Assembly: GCA_964016885.1 (NCBI GenBank)
Contig: OZ024756.1
Location: 42,780,001-42,844,000 of the forward strand
DNA: 64,000 nt
Reading direction: 5' to 3'
DNA from: Eledone cirrhosa
Taxonomy: Eukaryota
In this document: positions 51,286-64,000 of the stretch, in pieces
Layout: each line of letters begins with the position of its first letter
How positions within the stretch are numbered: position 1 is the first letter of the stretch
Program-made: the position numbers and the translations under genes
Notes under the pieces: model-generated
What the model saw: only the letters and a program-made list of their open reading frames with translations
Told to the model about the DNA's origin: nothing
The model's database searches: none

Positions 51286-54200
51286 CACTAGAGACAGACA
51301 TTGGACACACACTAGAGACAGACATTGGACAAACACCAGAGACAAACATTGGACACACACTAGAGACAGACATTGGACACACTAGAGACAGACATTGGAC
51401 ACACTAGAGACAGACATTGGTCACACACTAGAGACAGACATTGGACACACACTAGAGACAAACATTGGACACACACTAGAGACAGACATTGGACACACTA
51501 GAGACAGACATTGGACACACACCAGAGACAGACATTTGACACACACCAGAGACAGACATTGGACACACACTAGAGACAGACATTGGACACACACTAGAGA
51601 CAGACATTGGACACACACTAGAGACAGACATTGGACACACACTAGAGACAGACATTGGACACACACCAGAGACAGACATTGGACACACACCAGAGACAGA
51701 CATTGGACACACACTAGAGACAGACATTGTACACACACTAGAGACAGACATTGGACACACACTAGAGACAGACATTGGACACACACTAGAAACAGACATT
51801 GGACACACACCAGAGACAGACATTGGACACACACCAGAGACAGACATTGGACACACACCAGAGACAGACATTGGACACACACTAGAGACAGACATTGGAC
51901 ACACACCAGAGACAGACATTGGACACACACTAGAGACAGACATTGGACACACACCAGAGACAGACATTGGACATACACCAGAGACAGACATTGGACACAC
52001 ACCAGAGACAGACATTGGACACACACTAGAGACAGACATTGGACACACACCAGAGACAGACATCGGACACACACTAGAGACAGACATTGGACACACACTA
52101 GAGACAGACATTGGACACACACTAGAGACAGACATTGGACACACACTAGAGACAGACATTGGACACACACCAGAGACAGACATTGGACACAAACCAGAGA
52201 CAGACATTGGACACACACCAGAGACAGACATTGGACACACACTAGAGACAGACATTGGACACACACCAGAGACAGACATTGGACACACACCAGAGACAGA
52301 CATTGGACACACACTAGAGACAGACATTGGACACACACTAGAGACAGACATTGGACACACAGTAGAGACAGACATTGGACACACACCATAGTCAGACATT
52401 GGACACACACACTAGAGAAAGACATTGGACACACAATAGAGACAGACATTAGACACACACCAGAGACAGACATTGGACACACACTAGAGACAGACATTGT
52501 GCACACACCAAAGACAGACATTGGGCACACACTAGAGACAGACATTGGACACACACTAGAGACAGACATTGGGCACACACTAGAGACAGACATTGGACAC
52601 ACGCTAGAGACAGACATTGGACACACTAGATACAGACATTGGACACACACACTAGAGACAGACACTAGACACACACTAGAGACAGACATTGGACACACAC
52701 ACAAGGGACATTCATTGGAGACACACTAGATAGAGACATTGGAATACACTAGAGACAGACATTGGACACACACTATATACAGACATTGGACACACACTAG
52801 ATACAGACATTGGACACACACCAGAGACAGACATTGGACACACACTAGAGACAGACATTGGACACACACCAGAGACAGACATTGGACACACACCAGAGAC
52901 AGACATTGGACACACACTAGAGACAGACATTGGACACACACTAGAGACAGACATTGGACAAACACCAGAGACAAACATTGGACACACACTAGAGACAGAC
53001 ATTGGACACACTAGAGACAGACATTGGACAGACTAGAGACAGACATTGGTCACACACTAGAGACAGACATTGGACACACACTAGAGACAGACATTAGACA
53101 CACACTAGAGACAGACATTGGACACACACTAGAGACAGACATTGGACACACACTAGAGACAGACATTGGACACACATTAGAGACAGACGTTGGACACACA
53201 CTAGAGACAGACATTGGACACACACTAGAGACAGACATTAGACACACTAGAGACAGACATTGGACACACTAGAGACAGACATTGGACATACACACTAGTG
53301 ACAAACATTGGACACACACTAGAGACAGACATTGGACACACACCAGAGACAGACATTGGACACACACCAGAGACAGACATTGGACACACACTAGAGACAG
53401 ACATTGGACACACACTAGAGACAGACATTGGACACACACTAGAGACAGACATTGGAGACACTAGAGACAGACATTGGACACACTAGAGACAGACATTGGG
53501 CACACACTAGAGACTGACATTGGACACACACTAGAGACAGACATTGGAGACACTAGAGACAGACATTGGACACACACACTAGTGACAGACATTGGACACA
53601 CACTAGAGACAGACATTAGACACACACTAGAGACAGACATTGGACACGCACTAGAGACAGACATTGGACACACTAGAGACAGACATTGGACACACACTAG
53701 AGACAGACATTGGACACACACTAGAGACAGACATTGGACACACACTAGAGACAGACATTGGACACACTAGAGACAGACATTGGACACACACTAGAGACAG
53801 ACATTGGACACACACTAGAGACAGACATTGGACACACATTAGAGACAGAGATTAGACACACACTAGAGACAGACATTGGACACACACTAGAGACAGACAT
53901 TGGACACACACTAGAGACAGACATTGGACACACACCATAGTCAGACATTGGACACACACACTAGAGAAAGACATTGGACACACAATAGAGACAGACATTG
54001 GGCACACACTAGAGACAGACATTGGACACACACTAGAGACATACATTGGGCACACACTAGAGACAGACATTGGACACACACTAGAGAAAAACATTTGACA
54101 CACACTAGAGACAGACGTTGGACACACACACTAGAGACAGACATTGGACACACACTAGAGACAGACATTGGACACACTAGAGACAGACATTGGACACACA

Positions 54201-54770
54201 CACTAGAGACAGACACTAGACACACACTAGAGACAGACATTGGACACACACACATAAGGGACAGTCATTGGAGACACACTAGATAGAGACATTGGACATA
54301 CACTAGAGACAGACATTGGACACACACTAGATACAGACATTGGACACACACTAGATACAGACATTGGACACACACCAGAGACAGACATTGGACACACACA
54401 AGAGACAGACATTGGACACACACCAGAGACAGACATTGGACACACACTAGAGACAGACATTGGACACATACTAGAGACAGACATTGGAGACACACTAGAG
54501 ACAGACATTGGAGACACACTAGAGACAGACATTGGACACACACTAGAGACAGACATTGGACACACACCAGAGACAGACATTGGACACACACCAGAGACAG
54601 ACATTGGACACACACTAGAGACAGACATTGGACACACACTAGAGACAGACATTGGACAAACACCAGAGACAAACATTGGACACACACTAGAGACAGACAT
54701 TGGACACACTAGAGACAGACATTGGACACACTAGAGACAGACATTGGTCACACACTAGAGACAGACATTG
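48075..54770 (+). repeat. Tandem higher-order duplication, period ~3327 bp
   Basis: ORF pairs 49080/52408 (3328), and 49697/53024, 50134/53461 and 50900/54227 (3327). The 1-bp step is the deletion GGACATAC to GGAATAC near 52743. Confidence 0.92.
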
Positions 54771-57019
54771 GACACACACTAGAGACAGACATTAGACAAA
54801 CACTAGAGACAGACATTGGACACACACTAGAGACAGACATTGGACACACACTAGAGACAGACATTGGACACACATTAGAGACAGACGTTGGACACACACT
54901 AGAGACAGACATTGGACACACACTAGAGACAGACATTGGACACACTAGAGACAGACATTGGACACACTAGAGACAGACATTGGGCATACACACTAGTGAC
55001 AGACATTGGACACACACTAGAGACAGACATTGGACACACAGCAGAGACAGACATTGGACACACACCAGAGACAGACATTGGACACACACTAGAGACAGAC
55101 ATTGGACACACACTAGAGACAGACATTGGACACACACCAGAGACAGACATTGGACACACACTAGAGACAGACATTGGACACACACTAGAGACAGACATTG
55201 GACACACACCAGAGACAGACATTGGACACACACTAGAGACAGACATTGGACACACACCAGAGACAGACATTGGACACACACTAGAGACAGACATTGGACA
55301 CACACCAGAGACAGACATTGGACACACACTAGAGACAGACATTGGACACACACCAGAGACAGACATTGGACACACACCAGAGACAGACATTGGACACACA
55401 CTAGAGACAGACATTGGACACACACTAGAGACAGACATTAGACACACGCCAGAGACAGACATTGGTCACACACACTAGGGACAGACATTGGAGACACACT
55501 AGATACAGACATTGGACACACACCAGAGACAGACATTGGACACACACCAGAGACAGACATTGGACACACACCAGAGACAGACATTGGACACACACTAGAG
55601 ACAGACATTGGACACACACCAGAGACAGACATTGGACACACACTAGAGACAGACATTGGACACACACTAGAGACAGACATTGGACACACACTAGAGACAG
55701 ACATTGGACACACACTAGAGACAGACATTGGACACACACCAGAGACAGACATTGGACACACTAGATACAGACATTGGACACACACACTAGAGACAGACAC
55801 TAGACACACACTAGAGACAGACATTGGACACACACACAAGGGACATTCATTGGAGACACACTAGATAGAGACATTGGACATACACTAGAGACAGACATTG
55901 GACACACACTAGATACAGACATTGGACACACACTAGATACAGACATTGGACACACACCAGAGACAGACATTGGACACACACTAGAGACAGACATTGGACA
56001 CACACCAGAGACAGACATTGGACACACACTAGAGACAGACATTGGACACACACGAGAGACAGACATTGGACACACACCAGAGACAGACATTGGACACACA
56101 CTAGAGACAGACATTGGACACACACTAGAGACAGACATTGGACACACACCAGAGACAGACATTGGACACACACTAGAGACAGACATTGGATACACACCAG
56201 AGACAGACATTGGACACACACCAGAGACAGACATTGGACACACACCAGAGACAGACATTGGACACACACTAGAGACAGACATTGGACACACACCAGAGAC
56301 AGACATTGGACAGACACTAGAGACAGACATTGGACACACACTAGAGACAGACATTGGACACACACTAGAGACAGACATTGGACACACACTAGAGACAGAC
56401 ATTGGACACACACCAGAGACAGACATTGGACACACACCAGAGACAGACATTGGACACACACTAGAGACAGACATTGGACACACACTAGAGACAGACATTG
56501 GACACACACTAGATACAGACATTGGTCACACACTAGAGACAGACATTGGACACACACTAGAGACAGACATTAGACACACACTAGAGACAGACATTGGACA
56601 CACACTAGAGACAGACATTGGACACACACTAGAGACAGACATTGGACACACATTAGAGACAGACGTTGGACACACACTAGAGACAGACATTGGACACACA
56701 CTAGAGACAGACATTGGACACACTAGAGACAGACATTGGACACACTAGAGACAGACATTGGGCATACACACTAGTGACAGACATTGGACACACACTAGAG
56801 ACAGACATTGGACACACTAGAGACAGACATTGGGCACACACTAGAGACTGACATTGGACACACACTAGAGACAGACATTGGAGACACTAGAGACAGACAT
56901 TGGACACACACACTAGTGACAGACATTGGACACACACTAGAGACAGACATTAGACACACACTAGAGACAGACATTGGACACACACTAGAGACAGATATTG
57001 GACACACTAGAGACAGACA

Positions 57020-58960
57020 TTGGACACACACTAGAGACAGACATTGGACACACACTAGAGACAGACATTGGACACACATTAGAGACAGAGATTAGACACA
57101 CACTAGAGACAGACATTGGACACACACTAGAGACAGACATTGGACACACACTAGAGACAGACATTGGACACACACCATAGTCAGACATTGGACACACACA
57201 CTAGAGAAAGACATTGGACACACAATAGAGACAGACATTAGACACACACCAGAGACAGACATTGGACACACACTAGAGACAGACATTGTGCACACACCAA
57301 AGACAGACATTGGGCACACACTAGAGACAGACATTGGACACACACTAGAGACAGACATTGGGCACACACTAGAGACAGACATTGGACACACACTAGAGAA
57401 AAACATTTGACACACACTAGAGACAGACGTTGGACACACACACTAGAGACAGACATTGGACACACACTAGAGACAGACATTGGAAACACTAGAGACAGAC
57501 ATTGGACACACACACTAGAGACAGACACTAGACACACACTAGAGACAGACATTGGACACACACACACAAGGGACAGTCATTGGAGACACACTAGATAGAG
57601 ACATTGGACATACACTAGAGACAGACATTGGACACACACTAGATACAGACATTGGACACACACTAGATACAGACATTGGACACACACCAGAGACAGACAT
57701 TGGACACACACCAGAGACAGACATTGGACACACACCAGAGACAGACATTGGAGACACACTAGAGACAGACATTGGAGACACACTAGAGACAGACATTGGA
57801 CACACACTAGAGACAGACATTGGACACACACCAGAGACAGACATTGGACACACACCAGAGACAGACATTGGACACACACTAGAGACAGACATTGGACACA
57901 CACTAGAGACAGACATTGGACAAACACCAGAGACAAACATTGGACACACACTAGAGACAGACATTGGACACACTAGAGACAGACATTGGACACACACCAG
58001 AGACAGACATTTGACACACACCAGAGACAGACATTGGACACACACTAGAGACAGACATTGGACACACACCAGAGACAGACATTGGACACACACTAGAGAC
58101 AGACATTGGACACACACTAGAGACAGACATTGGACACACATTAGAGACAGAGATTAGACACACACTAGAGACAGACATTGGACACACACTAGAGACAGAC
58201 ATTGGACACACACTAGAGACAGACATTGGACACACACCATAGTCAGACATTGGACACACACACTAGAGAAAGACATTGGACACACAATAGAGACAGACAT
58301 TAGACACACACCAGAGACAGACATTGGACACACACTAGAGACAGACATTGTGCACACACCAAAGACAGACATTGGGCACACACTAGAGACAGACATTGGA
58401 CACACACTAGAGACAGACATTGGGCACACACTAGAGACAGACATTGGACACACACTAGAGAAAAACATTTGACACACACTAGAGACAGACGTTGGACACA
58501 CACACTAGAGACAGACATTGGACACACACTAGAGACAGACATTGGAAACACTAGAGACAGACATTGGACACACACACTAGAGACAGACACTAGACACACA
58601 CTAGAGACAGACATTGGACACACACACACAAGGGACAGTCATTGGAGACACACTAGATAGAGACATTGGACATACACTAGAGACAGACATTGGACACACA
58701 CTAGATACAGACATTGGACACACACTAGATACAGACATTGGACACACACCAGAGACAGACATTGGACACACACCAGAGACAGACATTGGACACACACCAG
58801 AGACAGACATTGGAGACACACTAGAGACAGACATTGGAGACACACTAGAGACAGACATTGGACACACACTAGAGACAGACATTGGACACACACCAGAGAC
58901 AGACATTGGACACACACCAGAGACAGACATTGGACACACACTAGAGACAGACATTGGACA
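57020..58960 (+). repeat. Local tandem duplication, period 1062 bp
   Basis: ORF pairs 57092/58154, 57238/58300, 57407/58469 and 57539/58601 all have offset 1062. Confidence 0.88.
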
Positions 58961-59372
58961 CACACGAGAGACAGACATTGGACACACACCAGAGACAGAC
59001 ATTGGACACACACTAGAGACAGACATTGGACACACACTAGAGACAGACATTGGACACACACCAGAGACAGACATTGGACACACACTAGAGACAGACATTG
59101 GACACACACCAGAGACAGACATTGGACACACACCAGAGACAGACATTGGACACACACCAGAGACAGACATTGGACACACACTAGAGACAGACATTGGACA
59201 CACACCAGAGACAGACATTGGACAGACACTAGAGACAGACATTGGACACACACTAGAGACAGACATTGGACACACACTAGAGACAGACATTGGACACACA
59301 CTAGAGACAGACATTGGACACACACCAGAGACAGACATTGGACACACACCAGAGACAGACATTGGACACACA

Positions 59373-62300
59373 CTAGATACAGACATTGATCTCACACTAG
59401 AGACAGACATTGGACACACACTAGAGACAGACATTAGACACACACTAGAGACAGACATTGGACACACACTAGAGACAGACATTGGACACACACTAGAGAC
59501 AGACATTGGACACACATTAGAGACAGACGTTGGACACACACTAGAGACAGACATTGGACACACACTAGAGACAGACATTGGACACACTAGAGACAGACAT
59601 TGGACACACTAGAGACAGACATTGGGCATACACACTAGTGACAGACATTGGACACACACTAGAGACAGACATTGGACACACTAGAGACAGACATTGGGCA
59701 CACACTAGAGACTGACATTGGACACACACTAGAGACAGACATTGGAGACACTAGAGACAGACATTGGACACACACACTAGTGACAGACATTGGACACACA
59801 CTAGAGACAGACATTAGACACACACTAGAGACAGACATTGGACACACACTAGAGACAGATATTGGACACACTAGAGACAGACATTGGACACACACTAGAG
59901 ACAGACATTGGACACACACTAGAGACAGACATTGGACACACATTAGAGACAGAGATTAGACACACACTAGAGACAGACATTGGACACACACTAGAGACAG
60001 ACATTGGACACACACTAGAGACAGACATTGGACACACACCATAGTCAGACATTGGACACACACACTAGAGAAAGACATTGGACACACAATAGAGACAGAC
60101 ATTAGACACACACCAGAGACAGACATTGGACACACACTAGAGACAGACATTGTGCACACACCAAAGACAGACATTGGGCACACACTAGAGACAGACATTG
60201 GACACACACTAGAGACAGACATTGGGCACACACTAGAGACAGACATTGGACACACACTAGAGAAAAACATTTGACACACACTAGAGACAGACGTTGGACA
60301 CACACACTAGAGACAGACATTGGACACACACTAGAGACAGACATTGGAAACACTAGAGACAGACATTGGACACACACACTAGAGACAGACACTAGACACA
60401 CACTAGAGACAGACATTGGACACACACACACAAGGGACAGTCATTGGAGACACACTAGATAGAGACATTGGACATACACTAGAGACAGACATTGGACACA
60501 CACTAGATACAGACATTGGACACACACTAGATACAGACATTGGACACACACCAGAGACAGACATTGGACACACACCAGAGACAGACATTGGACACACACC
60601 AGAGACAGACATTGGAGACACACTAGAGACAGACATTGGAGACACACTAGAGACAGACATTGGACACACACTAGAGACAGACATTGGACACACACCAGAG
60701 ACAGACATTGGACACACACCAGAGACAGACATTGGACACACACTAGAGACAGACATTGGACACACACTAGAGACAGACATTGGACAAACACCAGAGACAA
60801 ACATTGGACACACACTAGAGACAGACATTGGACACACTAGAGACAGACATTGGACACACACCAGAGACAGACATTTGACACACACCAGAGACAGACATTG
60901 GACACACACTAGAGACAGACATTGGACACACACCAGAGACAGACATTGGACACACACTAGAGACAGACATTGGACACACACTAGAGACAGACATTGGACA
61001 CACACTAGAGACAGACATTGGACACACACTAGAGACAGACATTGGACACACACCAGAGACAGACATTGGACACACACCAGAGACAGACATTGGACACACA
61101 CTAGAGACAGACATTGTACACACACTAGAGACAGACATTGGACACACACTAGAGACAGACATTGGACACACACTAGAAACAGACATTGCACACACACCAG
61201 AGACAGACATTGGACACACACCAGAGACAGACATTGGACACACACCAGAGACAGACATTGGACACACACTAGAGACAGACATTGGACACACACCAGAGAC
61301 AGACATTGGACACACACTAGAGACAGACATTGGACACACACCAGAGACAGACATTGGACATACACCAGAGACAGACATTGGACACACACCAGAGACAGAC
61401 ATTGGACACACACTAGAGACAGACATTGGACACACACCAGAGACAGACATTGGACACACACTAGAGACAGACATTGGACACACACTAGAGACAGACATTG
61501 GACACACACTAGAGACAGACATTGGACACACACTAGAGACAGACATTGGACACACACCAGAGACAGACATTGGACACAAACCAGAGACAGACATTGGACA
61601 CACACCAGAGACAGACATTGGACACACACTAGAGACAGACATTGGACACACACCAGAGACAGACATTGGACACACACCAGAGACAGACATTGGACACACA
61701 CTAGAGACAGACATTGGACACACACTAGAGACAGACATTGGACACACAGTAGAGACAGACATTGGACACACACCATAGTCAGACATTGGACACACACACT
61801 AGAGAAAGACATTGGACACACAATAGAGACAGACATTAGACACACACCAGAGACAGACATTGGACACACACTAGAGACAGACATTGTGCACACACCAAAG
61901 ACAGACATTGGGCACACACTAGAGACAGACATTGGACACACACTAGAGACAGACATTGGGCACACACTAGAGACAGACATTGGACACACGCTAGAGACAG
62001 ACATTGGACACACTAGATACAGACATTGGACACACACACTAGAGACAGACACTAGACACACACTAGAGACAGACATTGGACACACACACAAGGGACATTC
62101 ATTGGAGACACACTAGATAGAGACATTGGACATACACTAGAGACAGACATTGGACACACACTAGATACAGACATTGGACACACACTAGATACAGACATTG
62201 GACACACACCAGAGACAGACATTGGACACACACTAGAGACAGACATTGGACACACACCAGAGACAGACATTGGACACACACCAGAGACAGACATTGGACA

Positions 62301-64000
62301 CATACTAGAGACAGACATTGGACACACACTAGAGACAGACATTGGACAAACACCAGAGACAAACATTGGACACACACTAGAGACAGACATTGGACACACT
62401 AGAGACAGACATTGGACAGACTAGAGACAGACATTGGTCACACACTAGAGACAGACATTGGACACACACTAGAGACAGACATTAGACACACACTAGAGAC
62501 AGACATTGGACACACACTAGAGACAGACATTGGACACACACTAGAGACAGACATTGGACACACATTAGAGACAGACGTTGGACACACACTAGAGACAGAC
62601 ATTGGACACACACTAGAGACAGACATTAGACACACTAGAGACAGACATTGGACACACTAGAGACAGACATTGGACATACACACTAGTGACAAACATTGGA
62701 CACACACTAGAGACAGACATTGGACACACACCAGAGACAGACATTGGACACACACCAGAGACAGACATTGGACACACACCAGAGACAGACATTGGACACA
62801 CACTAGAGACAGACATTGGACACACACTAGAGACAGACATTGGACACACACTAGAGACAGACATTGGAGACACTAGAGACAGACATTGGACACACTAGAG
62901 ACAGACATTGGACACACACTAGAGACTGACATTGGACACACACTAGAGACAGACATTGGAGACACTAGAGACAGACATTGGACACACACACTAGTGACAG
63001 ACATTGGACACACACTAGAGACAGACATTAGACACACACTAGAGACAGACATTGGACACGCACTAGAGACAGACATTGGACACACTAGAGACAGACATTG
63101 GACACACACTAGAGACAGACATTGGACACACACTAGAGACAGACATTGGACACACACTAGAGACAGACATTGGACACACTAGAGACAGACATTGGACACA
63201 CACTAGAGACAGACATTGGACACACACTAGAGACAGACATTGGACACACATTAGAGACAGAGATTAGACACACACTAGAGACAGACATTGGACACACACT
63301 AGAGACAGACATTGGACACACACTAGAGACAGACATTGGACACACACCATAGTCAGACATTGCACACACACACTAGAGAAAGACATTGGACACACAATAG
63401 AGACAGACATTGGGCACACACTAGAGACAGACATTGGACACACACTAGAGACAGACATTGGGCACACACTAGAGACAGACATTGGACACACACTAGAGAA
63501 AAACATTTGACACACACTAGAGACAGACGTTGGACACACACACTAGAGACAGACATTGGACACACACTAGAGACAGACATTGGACACACTAGAGACAGAC
63601 ATTGGACACACACACTAGAGACAGACACTAGACACACACTAGAGACAGACATTGGACACACACACATAAGGGACAGTCATTGGAGACACACTAGATAGAG
63701 ACATTGGACATACACTAGAGACAGACATTGGACACACACTAGATACAGACATTGGACACACACTAGATACAGACATTGGACACACACCAGAGACAGACAT
63801 TGGACACACACAAGAGACAGACATTGGACACACACCAGAGACAGACATTGGACACACACTAGAGACAGACATTGGACACATACTAGAGACAGACATTGGA
63901 GACACAATAGAGACAGACATTGGAGACACACTAGAGACAGACATTGGACACACACTAGAGACAGACATTGGACACACACCAGAGACAGACATTGGACACA
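59373..64000 (+). repeat. Segmental duplication B, copy 2 (runs off the window end)
   Basis: Colinear with 46660-51285 with only a few private substitutions, e.g. TTGCAC near 61189 and 63363. Confidence 0.92.

Larger units (their letters stand above)
45860..58140 (+). repeat. Dispersed duplication ~45860-48290 versus ~55520-58140 (offset 9659, then 9851)
   Basis: ORF pairs 46141/55800 (9659), and 46675/56526, 46944/56795 and 47688/57539 (9851). The 192-bp step equals eight monomers. Confidence 0.85.
1..64000 (+). repeat. 24-bp tandem satellite array, consensus CTAGAGACAGACATTGGACACACA (major variant CCAGAG...), about 2,670 monomers, head-to-tail, extending beyond both window ends
   Basis: Every line of the sequence parses into this monomer or a near variant. 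The ORF track shows only 8-aa periodic translations (TLETDIGH, HTRDRHWT, VCPMSVSS/G, VCVQCLSL). Confidence 0.99.

Noticed and set aside
56-63992. Hundreds of ORFs up to 616 aa with Cys-, His/Trp- or Thr-rich 8-aa repeats (e.g. 6738-8474, 40800-42650, 47701-49401)
   Set aside because: A 24-bp period keeps four of six frames open on both strands at once. The 22/26/23-bp monomers shift frames freely, and there is no unique N- or C-terminal domain or any sign of frame preservation. These are not credible genes.
1-64000. CRISPR array (24-bp direct repeats)
   Set aside because: Repeats are directly adjacent with no unique spacers, leader or cas genes.
1-64000. Telomerase-made long telomeric repeat (budding-yeast-type 23-26 bp units; the minus strand is TG-rich)
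   Set aside because: The array is far longer than such tracts, shows multi-kb higher-order duplications that indicate recombination-based growth, and lacks G-runs longer than 2-3. A subtelomeric or recombination-maintained terminal role cannot be excluded without the chromosomal position.
1-64000. G-quadruplex, Z-DNA or cruciform structures
   Set aside because: There are no repeated GGG tracts, the CA runs are only about 2-6 units, and the only consensus palindrome is the 4-bp CTAG. No inverted array segments were seen.
1-64000. Nucleosome-length periodicity (6-8 monomers = 144-192 bp)
   Set aside because: Duplication and indel sizes seen (24, 48, 72, 140, 146, 168, 192, 238, 240, 258, 312 bp) show no clear preferred length. 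A formal autocorrelation analysis would be needed.
1-64000. Synthetic construct or pure sequencing artefact (rolling-circle concatemer, data-encoding DNA)
   Set aside because: Hierarchically shared variants at many offsets and regional sub-families fit natural satellite evolution, not random error or a single circular template.
1-64000. Assignment to a named satellite family or organism
   Set aside because: I do not reliably recognise the monomer, there is no flanking unique sequence, and no database search was possible.

Overview
The entire 64 kb window is one uninterrupted, single-orientation tandem array (satellite or very long minisatellite) of a 24-bp monomer, consensus CTAGAGACAGACATTGGACACACA. 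It holds about 2,670 copies (64000/24), is about 46-50% GC, is A/C-rich on the + strand and has no CpG in the consensus. It runs off both window ends. I found no unique sequence, gene, RNA gene, transposon, CRISPR array or inversion. Every listed ORF is a by-product of a 24-bp period that leaves four of six frames open. The interest lies in the internal architecture: (i) a T/C dimorphism (CTAGAG vs CCAGAG) forming recurrent binary strings; (ii) 22/26/28-bp monomers from CA slippage and rare 23-bp monomers; (iii) ordered cassettes of marker monomers forming an irregular ~1.5-3 kb higher-order repeat; (iv) nested duplications at offsets from 140 bp to 12.7 kb, and one match at 41 kb; (v) patches apparently copied from elsewhere in the array; (vi) a monomer that looks like a diverged dimer of an 11-13 bp subunit. 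An array of this type is typical of eukaryotic heterochromatin, but the organism and function cannot be determined from this sequence. Offsets come from marker positions and the supplied ORF coordinates, and block boundaries are approximate because they were read by eye.
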